A stretch of DNA of 64,000 nt from a bacterium (GCA_963669175.1 OY769902.1:2880001-2944000); one strand, 5' to 3'; positions 20,168-30,410 are shown, counted from the stretch's first letter. Program-made: numbers and translations. The notes: generated by a model from the letters alone, not told the origin.

Positions 20168-22405
20168 CTACCGCAACAGCACCATCTTTTTCACTACAGA
20201 CATTTCGCCCGTATCCGCCTTCAGGAAATACACCCCGGAAGCCAGTTGATCCGCTTGAAAAACAGTGCTGAAGGTTCCTGCATTGGCCTGTCCGTCAAAC
20301 ACTGTTGCCGTTTCCTGCCCCAGGATGTTGTATACCTTGATCGACAGGTAAGCCGAAGAAGGCAATTCAAGGACAACCTCTGAGGTCGAATTAACCGGGT
20401 TGGGGAAGAGGAACATGGATAGCTGAACAGGCAGGGATTCTGTGTTGATTTCCTGAGTACCCAGCACCTGGGAGCCGTCCAGACGAATGATATCGTGGGG
20501 GCGTGCTGCGATAATGTCTGAACCATCACGGATCCAGCTCCGGATGGGATCAATGGGATCGTATTGTTTAATATAATAACCGATCTCTGTGGGCTGTTCA
20601 GGGATGGATATGTCATAAAAGTAATAGCAGTAATTATGTCGAAGGAAAAGCCTGTCCTCGATAATAGACAAGTTACCGGAACTGCGAGGCACATTTACGG
20701 AGTCTATGGACTGCAATTCGTTATTAGCTGTCAGACGATTGATGATAAAATTGTTTCCTTTATGAATATAAAAGATCGAGTCTTTATTAGCTACGTTATT
20801 AATGTTGTCTCCAGACAACGCCAATCTATCAAGTTCCCGATATGTATTGTCAGTTAAATAATATCGATATAAGCTGTCATTATTTGTGGTGAATATAGTA
20901 TTATTTTCAATGCCGCAGAAAACCCCATCTATAGTATAACTGTCATCTATTAGTTGCATAGAATCTAAATTAAATAGATTTAATGCATATGTAATATATA
21001 TATAATTGTTTGAACCATATCTTGTTTGTACTATAAAATAATTATCATCGTCGTCTATTTTGTAAATGTCACCTGGACAAGTTAAAGAATCATCAAGAAT
21101 AACAGAGTGATTATTGTCAATATAATAATGATATAGAGTATAGTAATCTTCATTAGTATGAATAATAGTTATGATATGATTAAGATAAGTGTGAATAAAA
21201 TATATGTATTTTGTCATGACTGTATCTATTGGGGTAATAGAATTGAAATCATTTTCAATAGAAGCAAGAACAAAAGCGCGATTAGTATTGACATTATTGC
21301 CAACCAAAGTATTATATATAGTATAAAGGTTGTCGTTAATATTCATTAGCTCTATGAAATCATGTGCGAAAGAGGTGCGATTTATTGATACGGGATAGTC
21401 TATGTTGTTGTTGAATAGTTGAATATCTACGGATTGATCCACATCTAAGCCAAGAATATGTTGATCGACAATTTTTACTTTGCTCAGGTTATAGGCAGTT
21501 GAGCAGACTGTTACAGGATTAAAAATATCAAGCATATCAATTTGAGTGTAATAATCACCAAAGCAATGTAATATGGAACCATTTAGAGTGAATTCTGAAA
21601 AATCAAAATTTGGAATTTCAGCGGTAGTATATATCGTATCTTCTTCAGTATTTTCATAAATGCATAGCCGATCATTATAATAATACTTAATGTAAAATAG
21701 TGAGTCTGTTGCTATAAAACCTTCAAGATAACAAGGCCAGGCTAATGTGTCAGGCACTGTTAGATAGTGTTGGAATACCAATGAATCATTATCCCATTTG
21801 TATAGATATTGATAATAATTTGTTTGTCTGTCTTCATGAGTAAAAAAGAGAACATAATCTTGCGAGGGAAGCAAGCCAAGCACACAATCTGTATTATCAA
21901 AAGAATCAAGCCTGGAGACGATTTCAGGATCAGCAGGATAAGAGATGTCGAAAACATATCCATGGTGTGACGTGCAAGTATATAGATAGTTATCCTGTAT
22001 GTAAAGCAACTTCAGGCTATCGAATGTGGCTTCTGAAACAAATCGTGGATTAAGTGGGTCCACGATTGACAATACTGTAAATGTGTGAGGCCGGTAATAA
22101 TCATTCAGATACAGGAACAGGTAATCACCCTCGATTTGAGCAAAAGTTGCGTTCAAGGACTCTGAAAGCCAGGTGATCCCATTGGGATAGGTCGGATTGG
22201 TCAAGTCAACATGATACAGGCCGCAATCCTGTGTAGTGACAAACAGGTCATTTCCACGCATGGCCATGTCCGACACAGTCCCCCAACTTGGCAGATAAGA
22301 ATCGACGATAGACATGTTCATCATGTCTTGCGCGCAAAGGTGTTGGAGGGGAAGCAAGGACAGCAGGAGGAGTATCCCCGTAACAGGCACGTATCGTAAG
22401 CGCAT
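20168..22405 (-). CDS. Secreted LVIVD-like beta-propeller protein with T9SS/Por-type C-terminal domain
   Basis: Signal peptide MRLRYVPVTGILLLL, repeated D(I/L)(S/T).P..P motifs, C-terminal FPNPVNS...YNILGQ...LASGVYF...KKMVLLR. Confidence 0.8.
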   Translation of the reverse strand: MRLRYVPVTGILLLLSLLPLQHLCAQDMMNMSIVDSYLPSWGTVSDMAMRGNDLFVTTQDCGLYHVDLTNPTYPNGITWLSESLNATFAQIEGDYLFLYLNDYYRPHTFTVLSIVDPLNPRFVSEATFDSLKLLYIQDNYLYTCTSHHGYVFDISYPADPEIVSRLDSFDNTDCVLGLLPSQDYVLFFTHEDRQTNYYQYLYKWDNDSLVFQHYLTVPDTLAWPCYLEGFIATDSLFYIKYYYNDRLCIYENTEEDTIYTTAEIPNFDFSEFTLNGSILHCFGDYYTQIDMLDIFNPVTVCSTAYNLSKVKIVDQHILGLDVDQSVDIQLFNNNIDYPVSINRTSFAHDFIELMNINDNLYTIYNTLVGNNVNTNRAFVLASIENDFNSITPIDTVMTKYIYFIHTYLNHIITIIHTNEDYYTLYHYYIDNNHSVILDDSLTCPGDIYKIDDDDNYFIVQTRYGSNNYIYITYALNLFNLDSMQLIDDSYTIDGVFCGIENNTIFTTNNDSLYRYYLTDNTYRELDRLALSGDNINNVANKDSIFYIHKGNNFIINRLTANNELQSIDSVNVPRSSGNLSIIEDRLFLRHNYCYYFYDISIPEQPTEIGYYIKQYDPIDPIRSWIRDGSDIIAARPHDIIRLDGSQVLGTQEINTESLPVQLSMFLFPNPVNSTSEVVLELPSSAYLSIKVYNILGQETATVFDGQANAGTFSTVFQADQLASGVYFLKADTGEMSVVKKMVLLR

Positions 22406-22513
22406 GGCATACCTCATGGACGTTATTGCGGGGATGCTGAAAATTACACACTGGGACAGCAAATCACAACGGGTGGATCTCGAATTTGAAAAATGCGCTA
22501 ATGAAACCTTTCC

Positions 22514-23212
22514 TATAGCAGACTGTATCAGAATCACTGAGGCTCTCATCCCAGCGAAAGAGGCTGTCGCAGAATATCCGTTAGTCTCATCCCAGCGAAG
22601 CAAGGTGTCTCAGAATTACTGATGCTCTCATCCCAGCGAAGGCTGGGATCCAGTCATATTGCGATATTACAAGAGGTTAAGTGTTGTCAAGAGACGCGGT
22701 ACATTGAGAGCCGTTCAAGTGTCCAAGTTGTTATTATGTCGATACTTGCCTGGATCCCAGCCTTCGCTGGGATGAGAGTGTTTTCTATTCTGATACAGTC
22801 TGGAAGGCTGGGATCCAGTCATATTGCGATATTACAAGAGGTTAAGTGTTGTCAAGAGACGCGGTACATTGAGAGCCGTTCAAGTGTCCAAGTTGTTATT
22901 ATGTCGATACTTGCCTGGATCCCAGCCTTCGCTGGGATGAGAGTGTTTTCTATTCTGATACAGTCTGGAAGGCTGGAATCCAGTCATACTGCGATATTAC
23001 AAGAGGTTAAGTGTTGTCAAGAGACGCGGTACATTGAGAGCCGTTCAAGTGTCCAAGTTGTTATTATGTAGATACATGCCTGGATCCCAGCCTTCGCTGG
23101 GATGAGAGTGTTCGCTATTCCGATACACACTGCTTCGCTGGGATGACATCTCGGCGATCACCTCAGTATTTCGCCTGCTGTGGATGCGACAATACTTTCG
23201 ATACTCACTATA
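22514..23212. repeat. REP family B array: three tandem 165-bp units plus partial palindromes
   Basis: Units start at 22638, 22803 and 22968 and are near identical. The region is bounded by TATAG...CTATA. Confidence 0.9.
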
Positions 23213-23472
23213 AACACCTTCCTTTAGACAGGCGATCAGGAAGAAGTGTTCCTGCATCTGACCTGGGATCTTCATCAAAGCGACAAAACTTTGGCTTTCC
23301 TATCCTTCCGTGAAGTGAAGTTTTATCTTGTTAACATGTTTCTAATTAAGGAAGTAGTTATCATTTCTGGCTTTCACTTGACTTGAAAACGGTCAGATTA
23401 CATTTTTTTAACAATTTCCAAATCCTCTGGCGTGTCTTGATTTCTTGACCTATATTTTTGGCTTCAATGGCC

Positions 23473-23488
23473 TGTGAGCGTGGTCACA
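23473..23488. promoter_or_regulatory. CRP/FNR-family-type operator upstream of the fadL-like operon
   Basis: Perfect TGTGA-N6-TCACA, about 115 bp before the GTG start. Confidence 0.5.
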
Positions 23489-23603
23489 ATCGTGTGGGAG
23501 CGATTGGTTCTGAAAGCTACATCACCGGTCGACAAGCGGCTTCGGTAGACCTTACAAGATGCACAGCATAAAGCGTTTCATTAACGTTAGGGAGGATGTC
23601 TAC

Positions 23604-24986
23604 GTGAAGAAGGCTATCAAGGTGGTATGCATTGCCGCTCTGGCGCTGGTGTTCACGACCGGCGCATTCGCAGGCGGATTCAACCTGGCAGGAGTGGGCG
23701 GTAAAGCGCTTGCCATGTCCGGGTCGTTCCGTGCTATCGCGGATGACTGGAGTGCAATGTACTGGAACCCTGCCGGTCTGGCCGGACAAGGGAGTGGAGC
23801 CTGGTTAGAGATGAAGCTGTTATACCCGATGGCATGGGTAACACCTTCAGATGTAAGTGGAAATGCCACCTATCCCGGGTACGATTTGTACCGTCCGGGT
23901 GTTGAACAGTCCTCGCTGGCACAAGCCTATCCCGACGGCGCGGCGGCTTTCCAGTGGCAGTTCAACGATCGTTTGACCGCGGGTATCTCCGTGTTTGCAC
24001 CGTCCGCATTAGGCGCTGAGTGGGAAAACCTGTATCTCGGTCCGCCTGCCGGATACCGTGAAACAGAAGAATATCCCTCACGTGACTGGTACTCCAGCAT
24101 GATGGTCATTGACATTCACCCGACTGTCGGGTACAAGATCAATGACATGTTCAGCGTGGGTCTCGGCCTGGCGATCAAATATGCGACCATCGAAATGCAG
24201 ACCCCGAAACTGTCCCCGGCGTACAATCCAGCCTCCGGCGACCGTCTGCCTTTCCCGAACCAGAACTTCTTCATTGATGCCCTGCTGGAAGGCAGTGGCA
24301 TGGGCTTTGGTTTTAATGTCGGCGTGCTCGCACACCTGACCGAAAAGCTGCACATGGGCCTTTCCTATACCGGCCCGACCACGATTAACCTGGAAGGCAG
24401 TGTTGATCAGGTCGTCTACCTCTCAACCCTGGCCGGTGGCGGAACCTTGGATGCGAAGCCGGATGCCAGCGCTGATTTCCCGCTACCGATGGACTTTGGT
24501 TTTGGTGTAGCGTATGATATCAGCGAACGGTTGACCGTGGCCGCCGATGTCTGCTGGACCAAGTGGGATGATCTCGATGAAGTGACCATCGAGCTGGAAG
24601 GCTCTGACCCGACCGGCGCCCCGGCGGAAGACACCGAGCTGATCCTGCACTGGGAAAACACCCTGCGTTACAACGTCGGCCTGAACTGGATCGCCATGCC
24701 GGAACGTGGCCTGGAACTGCGTTGCGGTTTCTACTTCGATCCCAGCCCGATCCCGGATGAAACCATGCGTCCGACCATTACCGACGTGGCTGACAAGAGC
24801 AACATCTCCATCGGTTTTGCCTATCCCTTCGGCGAGAACTTCCTGTTTGAAGGCTACTGGGAGCATGTGGTCAGCGGTGAGAAAACAGTCGCAGCCAACG
24901 AAGGCGAAATGTTTATCGACAATGTTCCGGGTGACTGGAACATGCAGGTCGATACCTTCGGCATCCAACTCGGTTACCTGTTCTAA
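23604..24986 (+). CDS. FadL/OmpP1/TodX outer-membrane long-chain fatty-acid transporter
   Basis: Signal peptide, AGGF...G.KALAM, ADDWSAMYWNPAGL, C-terminal GYLF; RBS GGGAGG. Confidence 0.9.
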   Translation: MKKAIKVVCIAALALVFTTGAFAGGFNLAGVGGKALAMSGSFRAIADDWSAMYWNPAGLAGQGSGAWLEMKLLYPMAWVTPSDVSGNATYPGYDLYRPGVEQSSLAQAYPDGAAAFQWQFNDRLTAGISVFAPSALGAEWENLYLGPPAGYRETEEYPSRDWYSSMMVIDIHPTVGYKINDMFSVGLGLAIKYATIEMQTPKLSPAYNPASGDRLPFPNQNFFIDALLEGSGMGFGFNVGVLAHLTEKLHMGLSYTGPTTINLEGSVDQVVYLSTLAGGGTLDAKPDASADFPLPMDFGFGVAYDISERLTVAADVCWTKWDDLDEVTIELEGSDPTGAPAEDTELILHWENTLRYNVGLNWIAMPERGLELRCGFYFDPSPIPDETMRPTITDVADKSNISIGFAYPFGENFLFEGYWEHVVSGEKTVAANEGEMFIDNVPGDWNMQVDTFGIQLGYLF

Positions 24987-25000
24987 AGGAGGACACAACG

Positions 25001-26230
25001 ATGCGTAAAGCCATGATTCTTGGTGTACTGCTGGCGGCGTCGCTGCTCCTGGTACTCGGGTGCGGTTCTGAAACCGACCAGCCAACACGTCCGGATTATT
25101 CCGCCGGTACGGTGGTTCAACTGGATGATGCGTTTGCTACTGCCGTAAATGGCGTGGCTTCCTATATCAACGTCTACCTGCCCCCGAACTATGATGCGAA
25201 CCGTGCGGAACCGTACCAGGTTCTGTACCTGTTGCATGGTTTCGGTGGCGACGAGAACTACTTCATCAACTACTTCAACGCACCTTCCATTGCGGACAAA
25301 CTGATCGCTGAGGGTGTGATTGATCCTATGGTTATCGTCATGCCGAACGGTAAAACCCAGCTCGGTGGCAGTTTCTACACAAATTCTACACACCTGTCCG
25401 TTGCAGGCGCTGAAGATCATATCACGCAGCAGGTTGTTGCAGCAGTAGAAGCGAACTACAATGTCGCAACCGGAGCAACCGGACGTGCTATCGGCGGTCA
25501 TTCCATGGGTGGTTATGGTGCGCTCAGCATCGCCATGAACAATCCCGGCCTGTTTGGCGCGGTTGCCGAAATGGCCGGCCCGATCTCTTTCTGGGGAACC
25601 AGGACGGCTGATCCGACCGATATGACCTACAAAGGTGTCGAAGAATTGTTGCCGATGGTGCTGGTTGAGACCGGGTATGACACCATCCTGACCGCTACCG
25701 GTGGCGCTGGTGATGCGACTGCCTGGCGGAACATGATGTATCCGAACTCGGACCGTACCATCACCGCGATGATGTTCGCCATGGCGGCAGCGTTCAGCCC
25801 CTATGATGGCAGCCAGTCCACATCCCTGATAGATTCCATTGTAGCAGGTGTTGATAACAACGGCAATATCGTACGTCAGGCGATGTACCTGAACCTTCCC
25901 ATCGCAGTGGATGGCACGATGGACATGAACACATGGACACGCTGGATGTCACATGACTGCCTGGCTCGTATGCAGACCCAGGGGATCAACATTATGCCGA
26001 CAGCCGTACCGTTGTTCATGGATTGCGGCAACGTGGACGACCTGGGCCTTAACTACGCCCACCAGGTATTCTCCGGTGGCTACCAGCAGGCGTTCAATGT
26101 CGCGCCGTCTCATGACGTGATCTTTGCCGGTGTCAACGATCCCTTTGGTGAGGTCCCGGCAAGTCATTCTGCCCTGGTCTATCAGCGTTTGGAATTGCTG
26201 ATCGAATGGGTGGACCAGCAAATCGATTAA
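25001..26230 (+). CDS. Lipoprotein esterase (alpha/beta hydrolase, Fes/CE1-like)
   Basis: Lipobox VLGC; motifs VYLPPNY, YLLHG and GHSMGG. Confidence 0.88.
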   Translation: MRKAMILGVLLAASLLLVLGCGSETDQPTRPDYSAGTVVQLDDAFATAVNGVASYINVYLPPNYDANRAEPYQVLYLLHGFGGDENYFINYFNAPSIADKLIAEGVIDPMVIVMPNGKTQLGGSFYTNSTHLSVAGAEDHITQQVVAAVEANYNVATGATGRAIGGHSMGGYGALSIAMNNPGLFGAVAEMAGPISFWGTRTADPTDMTYKGVEELLPMVLVETGYDTILTATGGAGDATAWRNMMYPNSDRTITAMMFAMAAAFSPYDGSQSTSLIDSIVAGVDNNGNIVRQAMYLNLPIAVDGTMDMNTWTRWMSHDCLARMQTQGINIMPTAVPLFMDCGNVDDLGLNYAHQVFSGGYQQAFNVAPSHDVIFAGVNDPFGEVPASHSALVYQRLELLIEWVDQQID

Positions 26231-26258
26231 TGCTGACGATTAGTACCTGAGACAAAAC

Positions 26259-26296
26259 AGGGCTGACTCGTATGAACGGGTCAGCCCTTTATTTAT
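26259..26296 (+). terminator. Intrinsic terminator after the esterase
   Basis: AGGGCTGAC...GTCAGCCCT stem followed by TTATTT. Confidence 0.7.
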
Positions 26297-26327
26297 TCCG
26301 TAAAAAATACAACTACTGAATTCCCGA

Positions 26328-26822
26328 TCAATCCCCTTCCAGATACACCGCCAGGTTGATCAACGCGTTGTCATCCACACCGTCATGATCCGTATCTGCG
26401 TTTCCATCGCCCGTATTATCGATCACAATACGGTAGCGTTCGTCCAGGTCGAGTGGATCATAATAATGGCGTGAATACGAACTGGCAATGTCAAATGTCC
26501 AGGCGCGAATCACTGAGAATGTTTCACCGGCGACGTACCGATCATAGTCATCTTCAATCATCAGAAATACTTCCAGCCCATAATCGCCGGGCCATTCCAG
26601 CAATTCCACATCAAAACGCAAGATGCCCGAACGGGGAAGAATAATCTGGTTTGAAGCCAGGTATTCATTTTCCACCACAGTCTGGTTGGTCACTTCGTAC
26701 AGCAAGGTATCCGGTACAGGTGCAACCGGTGAAGTATCATCATCGTCATCTTTATCGCAACTGACAAATGCCAGCAGGGCAGCAACAGGCAGGATAACCC
26801 ATATCAGGGAACGCTTTCTCAT
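26328..26822 (-). CDS. Hypothetical lipoprotein
   Basis: Lipobox FVSC followed by DKDDDDD; RBS GAGGAG. Confidence 0.75.
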   Translation of the reverse strand: MRKRSLIWVILPVAALLAFVSCDKDDDDDTSPVAPVPDTLLYEVTNQTVVENEYLASNQIILPRSGILRFDVELLEWPGDYGLEVFLMIEDDYDRYVAGETFSVIRAWTFDIASSYSRHYYDPLDLDERYRIVIDNTGDGNADTDHDGVDDNALINLAVYLEGD

Positions 26823-27079
26823 GCCCAAGTCTCCTCAATGTTTGCATGGTTCCGGCTCGGAAAGCGGGTGAATAATGGCTCGATCCATTTAAACTGAACC
26901 ACTAACTCGCGAATGTGTAACCGTTTTTCCAAACGTATGACGATCCTAACGAAAAGAATGTTACACCTCGCCGAGCCGGGGTGCAAGCGCATTTTCTCTC
27001 CTATATTAATTCCTCCTGTCCTTGCAAAGTAATGAGATAATATGTACATTTGTTTAGTATTTTATCCCACGGGAGATTC

Positions 27080-28018
27080 ATGTACGACACACTCGCCCTT
27101 CAACGCGAACTTCATACCCTCGGCTACAATCCGGGCTTGCCGGACGGTGTAATGGGCCCAAGGACACGTTCGGCGCTGATTGCTTTTCAACGTGATAATG
27201 GGGTGGTCCCGGATGGTATTCCGGGGCAGAAGACGGCCGCAGCGCTTGCACGTGAACTGTGGCGCTATCGCAAACTGTCACGTGAGCAGGTGGTTCAGGC
27301 GCGTCTTCTTCTCCAGACTCGTGGGGATGATCTCGGTATTAGCGGTGTGCAGCTACGGGAGCTGGTGCAGGAACGTGAGTATCCCTGGAGTAATGTCAAT
27401 GGATGGGTGAACCTGGTGGGGTTGCGTGGATTCACTGGGGATCGTGCCAACGGGAACACGTTCGACCGCTACAATGATACCCTCATACTGGCTCTGAATG
27501 AGCCGGGAAAACACGATGAAGATCTTCCGAACATTCGTCTGTACCAGTTCACCGCATCGGTTGATCCCGGCTTGTTGAAGAAGCCGAAACCGGAAGGGGT
27601 AGCGCACCTGCTGCCCGGGCATTACCGATACCGATTGGGATTACATCATCAACGTGAAGAAGCGCTGGTGCAGGCGGCACGAGTGACTATCGCACGTTTC
27701 TTCGATCCTCTGCAACCGCAGCCGGGGCAACAGGCTTCCGAAAGTAAAAACCAGCCACGTTTACCCAAACGTGAAACCGGGTGGTTCGGGATTCATATCC
27801 ACCGGGGCGGTATGGGCCTGAAGGTGGGGGAGTGGTCTGCCGGGTGCCAGGTGATTCAGGGGAACCAGTGGCCGTTGTTCCTGTCCCTGGTCAAGGAAGC
27901 GGGCAATGCAGGCCAGCAGGAATTCGGGTATACGCTGTTGAATGGGGCCGCAGTGCAGCAGGCGAACCTGGAACAATGGGCTACGGCTACACAACAAGGT
28001 ACTTTCGTAAAAGCCTGA
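27080..28018 (+). CDS. Peptidoglycan-binding domain plus YkuD/L,D-transpeptidase-like domain protein
   Basis: PG_binding_1 motifs LGYNPG..DG.MGP.T..A...FQ and DGIPG..T; catalytic-like GIHIHRGG...WSAGCQ. Confidence 0.75.
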   Translation: MYDTLALQRELHTLGYNPGLPDGVMGPRTRSALIAFQRDNGVVPDGIPGQKTAAALARELWRYRKLSREQVVQARLLLQTRGDDLGISGVQLRELVQEREYPWSNVNGWVNLVGLRGFTGDRANGNTFDRYNDTLILALNEPGKHDEDLPNIRLYQFTASVDPGLLKKPKPEGVAHLLPGHYRYRLGLHHQREEALVQAARVTIARFFDPLQPQPGQQASESKNQPRLPKRETGWFGIHIHRGGMGLKVGEWSAGCQVIQGNQWPLFLSLVKEAGNAGQQEFGYTLLNGAAVQQANLEQWATATQQGTFVKA

Positions 28019-28032
28019 TCTGAAAGAATGTC

Positions 28033-28330
28033 TCACGCAAAGACGCAAAGGCGCAAAGAAAAGAAAAGAAACTACAAAAAGATATTTTTAAGGGAAAAGA
28101 TAAAGAAAAGATAAATGATAAAAGATACAGAATGAAAACAATAGGTAATACGAATTTGCAGATATGCGACATTACTTTCGAGCATTACTATAAATAAGAA
28201 ATAATAAGAATAGATAAGAAATAATAAGAATGAATGAGAAGTAATAATAATTATTTCTTCGTTTTTGCATTAAAAAATTCTTTTATCTTTTCTTTTAAGG
28301 TTTTCTTTGCGCCTTTGCGTCTTTGCGTGA
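28033..28330. repeat. Perfect 30-bp inverted repeat (TCACGCAAAGACGCAAAGGCGCAAAGAAAA) around an AT-rich spacer, family C
   Basis: 28033-28062 is the exact reverse complement of 28301-28330. Confidence 0.85.
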
Positions 28331-28366
28331 ACCTATTAGTGTACCTCTTTGCGTGAAATGAGGCAA

Positions 28367-28399
28367 TAAAAAAACGGAACCCGACCAGGCTCCGTTTTT
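28367..28399. terminator. Bidirectional-type terminator downstream of fbaB
   Basis: AAAAAAACGGA...TCCGTTTTT. Confidence 0.6.
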
Positions 28400-28451
28400 C
28401 GCCGGGGATGCGGCGTGGCACCTTGGGGGTGCCTTAACTGTAAAACCGGAC

Positions 28452-29384
28452 TTACTTTCCGGCGTAAACATCCATGATCTTGCGCAGGAAATCGATCGCG
28501 ACATCCTTCGGGCGTTGGAAGCTGTTCCGACCGATGATCGAACCAAAGCCGCCGCCTTCGTGAATACCACGGATGCTTTCCAGCACACTTTCATCCGTAC
28601 CCTTACCGCCACCGGAGAAGATGACAATACGACGGCCTTCAAACGAGCTGCGAACGACCAGCCCGATCCGTTTGGCCAGGGTGCTGATATCAGTTTTGGT
28701 CTCTTCGATGACCTTCCGGTTCGCATCCTGGGCGATGACATCCGTAGGCGGTTTCACCTTGATGATGTTGGCGCCGAGCTGTGCCGCGATTTGGGCGGCA
28801 TAGCAGGCCACATCAACCGCGGTTTCATGCGTCTTTTCAAGGTCTTCACCACGCGGGTAAGACCAGACGACTGCGACCAGACCGGCAGCCTTGATCTCGG
28901 CGATCAGTTCACGCAGTTCTTCGTACATCGTTTCACGTTCCAGCGAGCCCGGATAGATGGTGAAGCCAACGCCCACGCAGCCAAGACGAAGCGCATCGTC
29001 CACGCTGGCGGTGATTGCCGGGATCGGATCGGGATCTTTGTGCAGAACGTCGTGGTTGTTTGCCTTCAGAATCATCGGAATCTGGCCGGCGAATTTGTTC
29101 GCGGCTTCTTCGATGAAACCAAGCGGCGCGGCATATGCGTTGCACCCGGCGTCAATCGCCAACTGCGGGTGATAATAAGGATCAAAGGTCGGCGGGTTGG
29201 GCAGGTAAGTCCGCAGGGGACCATGTTCAAAGCCCTGGTCCACAGGAAGAATAACCAGTTTACCTGTTCCGGCCAGACGACCGGTCATCAACAGACGATA
29301 GATATTCGTCCGTACGCCAGGATTTTCGTGCCCGTACCAGCTCAGTATCTCTTGTACTCGTTTCGACTGTCCACGTCTTGCCAT
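28452..29384 (-). CDS. fbaB: Class I fructose-bisphosphate aldolase (DhnA/FbaB type)
   Basis: Motifs ILPVDQGFEHGP, WSYPRG, GANIIKVK, FSGG and IIGRNSFQR; ATG 29384 after GGGAGG. Confidence 0.92.
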   Translation of the reverse strand: MARRGQSKRVQEILSWYGHENPGVRTNIYRLLMTGRLAGTGKLVILPVDQGFEHGPLRTYLPNPPTFDPYYHPQLAIDAGCNAYAAPLGFIEEAANKFAGQIPMILKANNHDVLHKDPDPIPAITASVDDALRLGCVGVGFTIYPGSLERETMYEELRELIAEIKAAGLVAVVWSYPRGEDLEKTHETAVDVACYAAQIAAQLGANIIKVKPPTDVIAQDANRKVIEETKTDISTLAKRIGLVVRSSFEGRRIVIFSGGGKGTDESVLESIRGIHEGGGFGSIIGRNSFQRPKDVAIDFLRKIMDVYAGK

Positions 29385-29413
29385 GAGAACCTCCCTATTT
29401 GCAATAGTGTATC

Positions 29414-29573
29414 TATAGTGGTTCCTGGATAGAATCTCGGTATATCCCATCCCCGACCTGATCGGGAATCTCCTCTGGTATTCGCAGGGAATAGATGCCC
29501 GTCAGCGGTTCTGCCAGTTCGCGGAGATGACGTTCCGTTTTCCCATCCCAACTTACGTCCAGGAACAACTATA
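29414..29573. mobile_element. 160-bp MITE with TATAG termini and an internal REP-like palindrome
   Basis: TIRs TATAGTGGTTCCTGGA / TCCAGGAACAACTATA (15/16 match). Internal CCCGACCTGATCGGG. Confidence 0.7.
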
Positions 29574-29639
29574 TGTCTCAGCACCCAATGTACTTATCCG
29601 GTAACATGGATGTCTAGGGTTTGCAAGCAGTTTTAATGC

Positions 29640-30305
29640 TCATGATTCCCTTTCGGGGGCTCCATGTTCCGCTTTGAGCCAGGTTCTGAGGAACAGGCCT
29701 ATTCCAGCGAGCCAGCCCGGCAGGAAGATCTCCCAGCGGAACCGTGCCGGTTCACCTTCAGTCAATGCGTGAGGGAAATCAATGATAAAGCTGAAGATTA
29801 TTATCAGGCCGCAGAGGATTTCAAACAGCCAGAACAGCCGAGCCGGTTGCAGTGGTCGTCTTCGGTCTTCCTGTATGACGATCACAACACATGCGCCGAT
29901 CAGGGAAAGGCTGACCAGTACCGGAGCCAGTACCGGTCCGATCCAGGGGAGTGGAAGCAGGAACAGCAGATCCCAGGTCAACAGGCTGGAAGGCCATCCT
30001 TCACCAGCAAGTAAGCCCAGGTAGTACACGATGTCCCAGACGCCAAACACGAGCATGAAATAACCGAATCGTTCCAGAGGAGTGCGTCCGGCCAGGTATC
30101 CGACTGCAATCAACATCAGGATGGTCGCAACTTCACGCACCAGTTCAATCCAGAGAATCTCGCCGGGGATAGTGCGAACCGGGAAGCTGAAACCTTCCGG
30201 GTAGAAATGCAGACGCAGGTAGATAACAAGCGCCGCTTCGAACCAACCCATGCAAGCGGCGTAGATGGTTGTCCAGATCAAGCGGTTTCGGCTGTAGGGG
30301 GACAT
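29640..30305 (-). CDS. Conserved hypothetical multi-TM membrane protein
   Basis: Motifs EAALVIYLR, ELVREVAT, FGVWDIVYY and WDLLFLLP.PW.GPV; about six TM segments. Confidence 0.8.
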   Translation of the reverse strand: MSPYSRNRLIWTTIYAACMGWFEAALVIYLRLHFYPEGFSFPVRTIPGEILWIELVREVATILMLIAVGYLAGRTPLERFGYFMLVFGVWDIVYYLGLLAGEGWPSSLLTWDLLFLLPLPWIGPVLAPVLVSLSLIGACVVIVIQEDRRRPLQPARLFWLFEILCGLIIIFSFIIDFPHALTEGEPARFRWEIFLPGWLAGIGLFLRTWLKAEHGAPERES

Positions 30306-30329
30306 GTTTGCAGTTTCGAGTCTATCATT

Positions 30330-30410
30330 GGAAAAAGGGGACAGTCACCTTTTCCGAAAACTCCTCGGAAAATCTTGTTTTTCATCACGAAAAGGAAACA
30401 GTCCCCTTTT
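30330..30410. repeat. Pair of AAAAGGGGACAGTCCCCTTTT-type palindromes
   Basis: AAAAGGGGACAGTCACCTTTT and AAAAGGAAACAGTCCCCTTTT. Confidence 0.65.

Noticed and set aside
20750-21900. Diversity-generating retroelement variable region
   Set aside because: No template/variable repeat pair and no reverse transcriptase visible.
22622-23071. 149-aa ORF with 55-aa repeats / possible CRISPR array
   Set aside because: It is a translation of the 165-bp tandem REP unit; spacers are identical and there are no cas genes.
28515-29432. Long antisense ORFs (also 4323-5222, 11750-12475, 49724-50515)
   Set aside because: Shadows of well-supported genes on the opposite strand.
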